Origin: Candidatus Enterousia sp.
GTDB taxonomy: Bacteria; Pseudomonadota; Alphaproteobacteria; Rs-D84
DNA: 64,000 nucleotides
Assembly: GCA_045539815.1 (NCBI GenBank)
Contig: JAZQGC010000038.1
Span: 925-64,924, forward strand
Direction of reading: 5' to 3'
A program made the translations under genes and the position numbers. Of the stretch, positions 36,159 through 46,300 are shown piece by piece. The notes beneath the pieces were generated by a model. That model searched no databases, had not been told where the DNA came from, and worked only from the letters and a program-made list of their open reading frames with translations. How positions within the stretch are numbered: the stretch's first letter is position 1; the number at the start of each line of letters is the position of its first letter.

Positions 36159-36782
36159 TTAGTCATCAATAACGGAATATTCACAGAAACCTTCGTTGGT
36201 ATCACAGCGCGCTGTTGTACCTTCGCTGATGAAATACCCCTGTTCGTGCAAACATGCCGGACATACGTTTGGAGCCTCGGTCCCGATATGCCACATGCCA
36301 CAATTTGTGCAACGCCACATAACAATCTTGTCCTGTTTAAACAATGTACCTTCTTCAATCGCTTCGGCCAATGCACGGAACCTGGATTCGTGATAACGTT
36401 CCGCATAACCGATATTTTTCAGAATTTCTGCAATTGCAGGAAAACCTTCCTGGGCGGCAATTTGCGCAAACTTTGGATACATATCTGTATTTTCTTCGTG
36501 TTCACCATATGCTGCGGCCTGTAAATTTTCCAATGTTGTACCAATTTTACCCGCAGGAAAAGATGCCGTTATTTCCAGTTCGCCACCTTCTAAAAATTTA
36601 AACAAACGTGACGCGTGTTCTTTTTCCTGGTCCGCTGTTTCTAAAAAGATTTTTGAAATCGCCTGATATCCATCTTTCTTGGCCTGGGACGCATACATTG
36701 TGTAACGATTACGCGCCTGGGATTCGCCAGCAAATGCAATTAACAGATTCTTTTCTGTCTGAGTACCCTTTAATGATACCAT
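36159..36782 (-). CDS. rubrerythrin
   Basis: Ferritin-like diiron domain (TEKNLLIAFAGESQARNRY; EHEEN) plus C-terminal rubredoxin CTNCG...CPAC. Start at MVSLKG (36782). Confidence 0.9.
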   Translation of the reverse strand: MVSLKGTQTEKNLLIAFAGESQARNRYTMYASQAKKDGYQAISKIFLETADQEKEHASRLFKFLEGGELEITASFPAGKIGTTLENLQAAAYGEHEENTDMYPKFAQIAAQEGFPAIAEILKNIGYAERYHESRFRALAEAIEEGTLFKQDKIVMWRCTNCGMWHIGTEAPNVCPACLHEQGYFISEGTTARCDTNEGFCEYSVIDD

Positions 36783-36850
36783 CTTTTCTCCTTTTTGTGT
36801 TTTTGTTTGTGCGTGAATTTTAACAGACAAAATGCCAAATTGCAAAAAAA

Positions 36851-38364
<1,514 letters not shown>

Positions 38365-38379
38365 TTATAACTTAAAAAC

Positions 38380-38408
38380 TTGCAATTTCCAGTCTAAAAG
38401 ACTATAAT
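38380..38408 (+). promoter_or_regulatory. sigma70-type promoter for the tmRNA precursor
   Basis: TTGCAA-N17-TATAAT. Confidence 0.6.
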
Positions 38409-38414
38409 TAGGTC

Positions 38415-38752
38415 GCTGTGCATACAGTGATGATTCTGAATCCGTTGTGCAATAGTCATTTTGGACTGGGGGGCGGTACCCCACAGCTCCACCATTATCT
38501 GATATGATGTGGTGTCATATCTGAAAATGGGGCTGACATAGATTCGACAGATGATGAAAGACAAATTGGTTGAATCCGACATGGCGTCGTTAAAAGCCAA
38601 ATAAAAACTGAATGGCGATAGAATCGCTGCGAACGACAATGTTCGCTTTGCAATGGCTGCCTAAGATGGCGTTGAATATGGTTGGCGATTGTTGGCCGTA
38701 TTCGTTTTAGCAATTGCGGGGTCGGTCGGGTACCTGGCACCAGAAACCCGAC
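38415..38752 (+). ncRNA. ssrA: two-piece (circularly permuted) tmRNA: acceptor piece ending CCA at 38494, coding piece starting GGGGCTG at 38529
   Basis: T-arm and 3' acceptor ...GGGGGGCGGTACCCCACAGCTCCACCA lie upstream of 5' GGGGCTGACATAGATTCGACAG. GGGGCTG pairs with CAGCTCC, giving a G3:U70 pair. Tag ORF is (GCT) GCG AAC GAC AAT GTT CGC TTT GCA ATG GCT GCC TAA = (A)ANDNVRFAMAA at 38626/38629-38664. The outer ends are approximate. Confidence 0.88.
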
Positions 38753-38788
38753 ACACAATTAATTACAGTAAAGTGAAAGGAAGATAAA

Positions 38789-39013
38789 ATGTTTGGAAAA
38801 ATTAAGAAAATATTCTTTACAGGCGTATTTGGTGCTTTATACATATCATTTATCGCACAATTGGTTTATGTATTGGGTTGGGTTTCCGGTATTGAAAATA
38901 AATTTGCGGCATTGGGCGTATTGTCATTGGAATGGTTGATATTGATTGCAGCACGTTATTTATCAAAACGTTCCAGCAACAGCGCACAACACAATGGATT
39001 TCGCCGTCGTTAA
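38789..39013 (+). CDS. small membrane protein (two predicted TM segments)
   Basis: 74-aa ORF preceded by GAAAGGAAG, followed by a terminator. Hydrophobic segments FFTGVFGALYISFIAQLVYVLGWV and LGVLSLEWLILIAARYL. Confidence 0.45.
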   Translation: MFGKIKKIFFTGVFGALYISFIAQLVYVLGWVSGIENKFAALGVLSLEWLILIAARYLSKRSSNSAQHNGFRRR

Positions 39014-39018
39014 AAATA

Positions 39019-39046
39019 AAAATCCCCGTTCTGGGGATTTTTTTTA
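39019..39046 (+). terminator. rho-independent terminator
   Basis: AATCCCC-GTTCT-GGGGATT followed by T8. Confidence 0.65.
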
Positions 39047-39112
39047 TTATCTTGAAAACAATGATTTTATTACCCTTGAAATATTATAAAAAAGTTTTAT
39101 ATTTACCGTGCT

Positions 39113-40876
39113 ATGAGAAAATATATCTTACCATTTCGTGATGTTGTAATATCACCCAATATGACCGTGCCTGCGTTGATTGATAACCAGGCATCTGTTA
39201 ACTGTATAAAAACCGCGATTGCCAATGGAAATCCAACGATCGTATTGGTACCACAACATTCGTGGAACTATCCAAATTCCGCAGACGATTTGTATTCTGT
39301 CGGCACAATTGGCGATATTATCCAAGAACTGAATATGCCAGATGGCGCAATACATATCGTTGTAAAAACAACAGGGGTTGTTTCACTGAAAAATGTCGCA
39401 ATCCAAGACGGGCTGTTCACATGCGAAACAGAAGATATAAATATTCAAGACGATCAAAACGATGTCAAGACACTGATGCTGCGTGATATTGTGGCAGAAA
39501 ATTTGCAAACATTGGCAACCGCCACACGCAAATTTAAAATGGATAAATTTAAAAACATTATCGCCAGTTATCCATTGCCAGCCTTTGTTGATTCTGTGGT
39601 GCAAACATTAGACATAGACACAGATACCGCAGTGAAAATCTTGTGCGCAAACAGCTGGTATGAAAAATTAAACATATTGTTAGAATCTGTAAAAATCATG
39701 CTGGAATCCGCAAAGATAGAAGATGCAATCAATCGCCGTATCCATCAACAAATGGAAAAAGGACGGCGCGAGGCAATCTTGCAAGAAAAAATGCGCGCAA
39801 TCCAAAAAGAAATGGGCGATGATGACGAAGAAACAGACACCGTCAATATGCGAAAAAAAATCCAAAAATCCGCAATGCATACAGACGCAAAAGAAAAAGC
39901 ATTGTCTGAATGGAAACGCATGCGCTCTATGTCACCAATGTCAAACGAAGGTGGACTGCTGAAAACATATCTGGAAGAGTTGTTGGCGATGCCGTGGGGC
40001 AAATCTGATAAATCTGAAATAAATCTGGACAATGCGCGAAATATACTGGATTCTGAACATTCTGGGATGCAAGGCGTCAAAGAAAGAATACTGGAACATA
40101 TTGCAGTAATGAAAAAAACAAAATCTAATCAAGGCAGTATTCTGTGCTTTGTTGGCGCGCCGGGCGTTGGTAAAACATCTTTGTGCAAATCAATTGCAAG
40201 TGCGCTGGGACGCAAATATCAACGCATATCATTGGGCGGAATATCTGACGAGGCACATTTCCGTGGGCACCGTAAAACCTATATCGGCGCACAAACCGGT
40301 CGTATTATGGATGCATTAAAACGTTGCAAAACCAATAACCCTGTTATTGTGTTGGACGAAATTGATAAAATGGGACGCGACTGGCGCGGGGACCCAGAAT
40401 CCGCACTGTTGGAAATACTGGATCCGGAACAAAACAAAACTTTTCGCGATCATTACCTGGAAGTGGATTTTGACCTGTCTGGCGTTCTGTTTATTGCAAC
40501 AGCAAACAGTTTAAACATGTCAAATGCACTGAAAGACCGTATGGAAATCATAGAAATCCCTGGATACTCTGTGGAAGATAAAATAAAAATCGCACGCGAA
40601 CATTTAATCAAACGCGCCGCTGATGATACCGGCTGGAAGACAGAAAATATCATTATGTCTGATGATGCAATCAAACATATAATCCAAAATTACACATCAG
40701 AACAAGGGGTGCGCGAACTGAAACGCGAAATCACCGCTGTGTTGCGTCGTGAATTACTGGAAAACAACTGTGAAGACATAGAAACGGAATTTACACCGGA
40801 AAAGATAGATAACCTGTTGTCGTTACGCAAATCTGTGGGATTCGCAAAAAAAATCGGATTCAGTGCACGCGTGTAA
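39113..40876 (+). CDS. Lon-like AAA+ protein lacking the S16 protease domain
   Basis: LON N-domain (ILPFRDVVISPNMTVP), AAA+ module (GAPGVGKTSLCKSIA; VIVLDEIDKM; sensor YTSEQGVRELKR). The ORF stops about where Lon's protease domain would begin, and tsaB starts 29 nt later. Confidence 0.8.
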   Translation: MRKYILPFRDVVISPNMTVPALIDNQASVNCIKTAIANGNPTIVLVPQHSWNYPNSADDLYSVGTIGDIIQELNMPDGAIHIVVKTTGVVSLKNVAIQDGLFTCETEDINIQDDQNDVKTLMLRDIVAENLQTLATATRKFKMDKFKNIIASYPLPAFVDSVVQTLDIDTDTAVKILCANSWYEKLNILLESVKIMLESAKIEDAINRRIHQQMEKGRREAILQEKMRAIQKEMGDDDEETDTVNMRKKIQKSAMHTDAKEKALSEWKRMRSMSPMSNEGGLLKTYLEELLAMPWGKSDKSEINLDNARNILDSEHSGMQGVKERILEHIAVMKKTKSNQGSILCFVGAPGVGKTSLCKSIASALGRKYQRISLGGISDEAHFRGHRKTYIGAQTGRIMDALKRCKTNNPVIVLDEIDKMGRDWRGDPESALLEILDPEQNKTFRDHYLEVDFDLSGVLFIATANSLNMSNALKDRMEIIEIPGYSVEDKIKIAREHLIKRAADDTGWKTENIIMSDDAIKHIIQNYTSEQGVRELKREITAVLRRELLENNCEDIETEFTPEKIDNLLSLRKSVGFAKKIGFSARV

Positions 40877-40904
40877 CCACATCAAACCAAACAAGGGGCC
40901 ACAA

Positions 40905-41447
40905 ATGATTTTAATAATAAATACTGCTGGTAAAGGCTTGGAATTCGTATTAGATGATAAATATAAATTTGTTACAGTGGAAAAACAGTCTGTTGCCCTG
41001 CCCCAGGAATGCGAACAATTTATTACAGAATCTGGGGCAACATGGCGCGACATCACCGCAATTGGCGTCGTTGTGGGCCCTGGCAGTTTTACAGGAATCA
41101 GATTGGGGATTGCATATGCCAAGGGATTGGCACTGGGGCTGAATATTCCGGTCATTGGAATCAATGCGTTTGAATTATATCTGGCGGCAACACCAGACGC
41201 ATTTGTGGCAATCGATTCTGGGCGTGGCGATTTCTTTGTCGCGGCAAATGGCCTGACCCCGCAGACAATGAAAATAGAAGAACTGGAAACAAAACAAATG
41301 GAATGGCCACGCACAGTCGGACACAGACCATTTGATTTGAAACATGGAATACAAATCGCAGAAAATAAAATCAAATCTGGAAACTTGGAACCCGTGGTGC
41401 CGATGTATCTGCGCCCAAGCTATGCCGAACAAAATAAAAATAAATAA
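40905..41447 (+). CDS. tsaB: tRNA threonylcarbamoyladenosine biosynthesis protein TsaB
   Basis: GPGSFTGIRLGIAYAKGLA motif. ATG 40905 (MILIINTAG). The ORF track starts at 40863. Confidence 0.85.
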   Translation: MILIINTAGKGLEFVLDDKYKFVTVEKQSVALPQECEQFITESGATWRDITAIGVVVGPGSFTGIRLGIAYAKGLALGLNIPVIGINAFELYLAATPDAFVAIDSGRGDFFVAANGLTPQTMKIEELETKQMEWPRTVGHRPFDLKHGIQIAENKIKSGNLEPVVPMYLRPSYAEQNKNK

Positions 41448-41448
41448 T

Positions 41449-41835
41449 ATGTTAAACGAATTGGCGAATCTTCATGCAAAATGCTTTCCGAACAAGCCTT
41501 GGTCGGCATCTGACTTTGCAGACTTGAAAAAATCAGGTTGCGAAATTATCGCCAGCCAAAATGGTTTTATTGTATATCGTCAAACATTGGACGAAGCTGA
41601 AATAATTACCATCGGGGTTGCACCAGACGCACGCAGATCTGGTATCGCGGCAGCAATGTTGGGAATTGTTGAACAAGAACTGAAAAAATCAGGTGTCAAA
41701 AGTATTTTCTTGGAAGTTGCAAAAAACAACGCACCCGCCCGCAAATTATATGAACAGAACGGCTATGTTCAAATTGCTGTGCGACCAAAATACTATGACG
41801 GCATTGATGCAATCATGATGAAAAAAGATTTATAA
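41449..41835 (+). CDS. rimI: ribosomal-protein-alanine N-acetyltransferase (GNAT)
   Basis: GNAT motif A (ITIGVAPDARRSGIAAAML) and the conserved tsaB-rimI gene order. Confidence 0.8.
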   Translation: MLNELANLHAKCFPNKPWSASDFADLKKSGCEIIASQNGFIVYRQTLDEAEIITIGVAPDARRSGIAAAMLGIVEQELKKSGVKSIFLEVAKNNAPARKLYEQNGYVQIAVRPKYYDGIDAIMMKKDL

Positions 41836-43107
41836 ACCATTAACAAAATCCAAAACACGACTGTCAAAAATAACATCACGCGCAGATAATGGCGACAATA
41901 TATGCATGTCTGATGCGCGCCTGGTTCGAGATAACGCAACATATGTTTGACCGTGTGCAAAACAACCGCGTGACACATCAATAACAACCGCATCCAATGT
42001 TTTTCCCTGGGCCTTGTGTATGGTCATGGCATATCCCAGACTTAATGGGAATTGTTTGTATGCACCGACTTCTTTTTCAATCAATCGGTCATTCTCATCA
42101 CGGGAATATTCTATCTTTTGCCATTTTTCGGGTTTAACAGTTACAATTTCGTGTGAATCTGATAACAACTGTACCGTTATATCACGCGCAGACATTGCGC
42201 GAACAATCCCCATTGATCCGTTGTGCCATCTGTCACCATTTTTTACAAAAACAACCAATGCGCCGACCTTTAATGTCAATTCTAATGGCGCGGGCGTATC
42301 GCGTTCTGAAAAATTGCCAGACAAAACCCCATTGTATGTAACCGCCGTTTGGGGAATCTGATTCAGGCGCGTTGCGTTTATTCGTTCTGCAACCGCACGA
42401 AACGGGGTAATCACAACAGCGTTTTCACGACGCGATGCGTCTGAAATCTGACACGAATTAAAAAAAGACAATGCTGATACTTGGTTCTGGCGCAACAAAC
42501 CCAAATTATCCAATAAATCAATGTCGTTTTGACGGTAAACAAAATCAAAATCAAATTTAACAAAATTTGCGCGTTTATATACATGACTGTCAAAGAAATA
42601 CGCGTTTGAATGATCGTATTCCGATTCATAATACCCCATTGCCCCGTGCGTTATCACCGGTGGCAACTGAAACAAATCACCAATTGCAACCACTTGCAGT
42701 CCACCAAACGGTTCGTTATTACGTCTGGCATAGCGCGCCAAAATATCAATTGCGTCTAACAAATCTGGCGGGACCATTGAAATTTCATCAATAATCAAAA
42801 CATCAGTGGCAACCAAAATATTGCGTGGTTTTGCCTTTAACTTTAATAATTCGGGCATTATAAAATCGCGCGGTTGAATTTGAAACAGCGAATGGATGGT
42901 CTGACCACCGACATTTAACGCAGAAACCGCGGTCGGACACGCACAAACAATGCGTTTTTTTGATGCGGACTTTAAATAATTAATAAATGTTGACTTGCCA
43001 GTACCCGCAGGTCCCAATATCAATGCATTGGAATTTGTGCGTTCTATTGTATCAAACGCAGACATTTGCACATTGTTCAAGATGGGTTTTACACCGTTCA
43101 TGTTCAT
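41830..43107 (-). CDS. Pif1/RecD-family SF1B helicase
   Basis: LILGPAGTGKST (Walker A), VLIIDEISMV (Walker B), GDLFQLPPV, AMTIHKAQGKTLD, YVALSRTR. The start is uncertain (M at 43107 or 43101; the ORF track gives 43161). Confidence 0.8.
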   Translation of the reverse strand: MNMNGVKPILNNVQMSAFDTIERTNSNALILGPAGTGKSTFINYLKSASKKRIVCACPTAVSALNVGGQTIHSLFQIQPRDFIMPELLKLKAKPRNILVATDVLIIDEISMVPPDLLDAIDILARYARRNNEPFGGLQVVAIGDLFQLPPVITHGAMGYYESEYDHSNAYFFDSHVYKRANFVKFDFDFVYRQNDIDLLDNLGLLRQNQVSALSFFNSCQISDASRRENAVVITPFRAVAERINATRLNQIPQTAVTYNGVLSGNFSERDTPAPLELTLKVGALVVFVKNGDRWHNGSMGIVRAMSARDITVQLLSDSHEIVTVKPEKWQKIEYSRDENDRLIEKEVGAYKQFPLSLGYAMTIHKAQGKTLDAVVIDVSRGCFAHGQTYVALSRTRRASDMHILSPLSARDVIFDSRVLDFVNGL

Positions 43108-43153
43108 TATCTTGACACAAAGAAACAAAAAATAAAAATAAATAATTTTTATC

Positions 43154-43182
43154 TTGCACATTTTAATAAAAGTATATATAAT
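43154..43182 (+). promoter_or_regulatory. sigma70-type promoter for tRNA(CAT)
   Basis: TTGCAC-N17-TATAAT ending 9 nt before the tRNA. Confidence 0.55.
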
Positions 43183-43191
43183 GGGCGCCGT

Positions 43192-43268
43192 GGGTTAGTA
43201 GCTCAGTTGGTTAGAGCGGAGCGCTCATAACGCTTTGGTCGTGGGTTCAAGTCCTACCTAACCCACCA
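43192..43268 (+). tRNA. tRNA with CAT anticodon (elongator Met, or Ile2 if lysidinylated), CCA encoded
   Basis: Acceptor GGGTTAG/CTAACCC (G1:C72, so not an initiator), anticodon loop CTCATAA. The TTGGTCGTGGGTTCAAGTCC region resembles tRNA-Ile2. Confidence 0.9.
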
Positions 43269-43379
43269 AAAAGATTCGCACCAGACGGTGCGTTTTTTTA
43301 TTTTTATGTTTTTATATATTTTGTACTTGCCCTGACACAGGTAAATTTTCTAACATATTCATTGAAAGAGAGGAATTCT

Positions 43380-46300
43380 ATGAACACAAAACGCGTTTTT
43401 GCCCGGATTTTAGCACCTTTGAGCCTGTTTTTCATCGCAACAAATTCGTTTGCAGGCGACTATACTAACTGCAGTGCAAAATATTATACGGGATGTTTGC
43501 CCCGTTATTATATGACATTAAACGGCGTTTATAATGGAACGGCACAAACAGGAAACTATTGTTCAGATTGCCCCAGTGATGCGGAATTCTGTCCCGGACA
43601 TACCTATGCGCCGGCATATAAGGTTACATTAAATGCAAGTGGTGGTTCTGGGGGCACGTCTGCCATATATCGCATTCAAAATGTTGGTTGGTTCAGCAGT
43701 TTGCTGAAAAACACAACAACCGAAGCAACAACCGTATCTGCAATCGGCACACAAATAACCACAATAACAAAACCAACCAAAACAGGATATACTTTTAAAG
43801 GTTTTTATGACGCGCAATCTGGCGGAACGCAAACAATAACTTCTGCAGGTGTGGTTTCAGCCAGCAATGCTTATGGTACTGCGACTTGGTATGCGCAATG
43901 GACGGCAAATACTTACACAATTAAATATAATTCTGATGGTGGTTCGTCTGTATCCGACACAACATGCACATATGGTCAAAATTGTACCGTATCCAGCACA
44001 AAACCAACAAAAACTGGTTATACCTTTAATGGATGGAAGTATGGTTCAACAACATATCAGTCGGGCGCGACTGTATCTAATCTGACCAGCACAAATGGTG
44101 GCAGTGTTACATTTACTGCACAGTGGACGGCAAATACTTACACAATCAAATATAATTCTGATGGTGGTTCGTCTGTATCCGACACAACATGCACATATGG
44201 GCAAAATTGTACCGTATCCAGTACAAAACCAACAAAAACTGGTTATACATTTGCTGGATGGAAGTATGATTCAACAACATATCAGGCGGGTGCGACCATT
44301 ACCACCAGCCTGACCAGCACAAATGGTGGCAGTGTTACATTTACCGCACAATGGACGGCAAATACATTTACGTTAAAACATGTTTCAGATGGTACTGTTG
44401 TAAGGGAAAAAACGTGTACATACGATTCTGCGTGTACGGTTACCGCCACAGTTCCAACCAAGACAGGTTATACGTTTGATGGCTGGTTATATAATGATAA
44501 AACTTATACCAGCGGACAAGATGTTAAAAATTTGGTTAACACAAATGGTACGACGGTTACATTGACCGCACAATGGACGGTGATTTCAAAGACTTGTTCA
44601 GCGGGCCAATACTTTAATGTAACAGAATGTGCGGATTGTACATCTGGGTATTATTGTCCAAACGGTTCGAAAACATACACTTATAACGGCAATATCCAGG
44701 GGCGTTATACATGTCCGGCAAATTCATCCACAAATGGAAAAACGGGTCAGGCAAGCTGTACATGTAACACGGGATATAACTATAATGGTGGCACAACCGC
44801 AACAACAAATGCATGCATGGCAAACACATATACAATTAAGTATAATACAAACGGTGGCGATGGCAGTATAGCAGACACAACATGCACATATGGACAAAAC
44901 TGTACCATATCCAGTACAAAACCAACAAAAACTGGTTATACATTTACCGGATGGCAGTATGTTTCAACAACATATCAGTCGGGCGCGACCATTGATACCA
45001 ATCTGACCAGTACAAATGGCGCAGTGCTGGAATTTGTTGCACAATGGACACCGGTTAGTTATTCAATTATATATAACTCACAATCCGGACTAAGTTTACC
45101 AAGCACAAATTGTACATATGATTCATCTTGTACAATCAATGAGACAAAACTGACCAAAACAGGATATACCTTTGCGGGTTGGAAATATGGTGACGAAACA
45201 TATCAACCAGGCGACACAGTTATTAACCTGACCAACAATGGCGGTTCGTCTGTGACACTGACAGGACAATGGACACCGATTACATTTACCGTCATATATG
45301 TATCTAATGGTGGCAGTGGTACCAGTATGGAAAACACAATATGTACATATGATACCGATTGTTATATTACCGCAAACACATATACAAGAACGGGATATAC
45401 ATTCAAGAATTGGGCGAATTCTGATAAAAGCCAGTATTTTGAAGATGGTGCAAACCTTAAAAATGCATCGTCAACACAGGGCGCAGGTCTGTTCTTGTAT
45501 GCACAATGGGAACCGATTACATATACGGTAAGATATGATGCAAATGGTGGCAGTGGCAGTATGACAGACAAACAATGTGTTTATGACACAGACTGCAAAC
45601 TGGACGCAAACACATTCACAAATACAGGACACAGTTTTGTAGGCTGGTTATACGGCGGGATAAAATATCAAGACCAAGAAACACTGCCTAATCTGACCAC
45701 AGAAAACGGTGCGGTGCTGGAATTTGTGGCACAATGGTCAAAAAATGCACGCACATGCGAAGCCGGAAAATACCTGAATGGCGACACATGCGAAACCTGC
45801 CCTGCCGACCATTACTGTACAGGTGGCGCATGGGAATACAATGGCGACAAACAAGGTTTAGAAAAATGCCCAGCGAATTCGTCCACAAATGGGAAGACGG
45901 GTCAGGCGAGTTGTACATGCAACACGGGATATAATCATAACGGTGGAACAATCGCAACAACAAATACATGCGAGGCAAACACATATACAATTAAGTATAA
46001 TACAAATGGTGGTGATGGCAGTATAGCAGACACAACATGCACATACGGTCAAAATTGTACCGTATCCAGTACAAAACCAACAAAAACTGGTTATACATTT
46101 GCTGGATGGCAGTATGGTTCAACAACATATCAGTCGGGTTCGATCATTGATACCAATCTGACCAGCACGAACGGTGCAGTACTGGAATTTGTTGCACAAT
46201 GGACACCAATCACATATACGATAAGATATGATGCAGATGGCGGTTATGGTTACATGGAAGACACAACTTGTACATATGATCAACTTTGCTATTTACGTGA

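Noticed and set aside
38394-38758. ORFs of 81 and 87 aa on the minus strand (38394..38639, 38495..38758).
   Set aside because: They lie antisense across the tmRNA gene, whose structure and tag frame fully explain this interval. They have no RBS and a biased, implausible composition.
40846-40853. A8 tract at the end of the Lon-like ORF as a frameshift site leading into a hidden protease domain.
   Set aside because: tsaB begins at 40905, leaving no room for the roughly 200-aa S16 domain in any frame.
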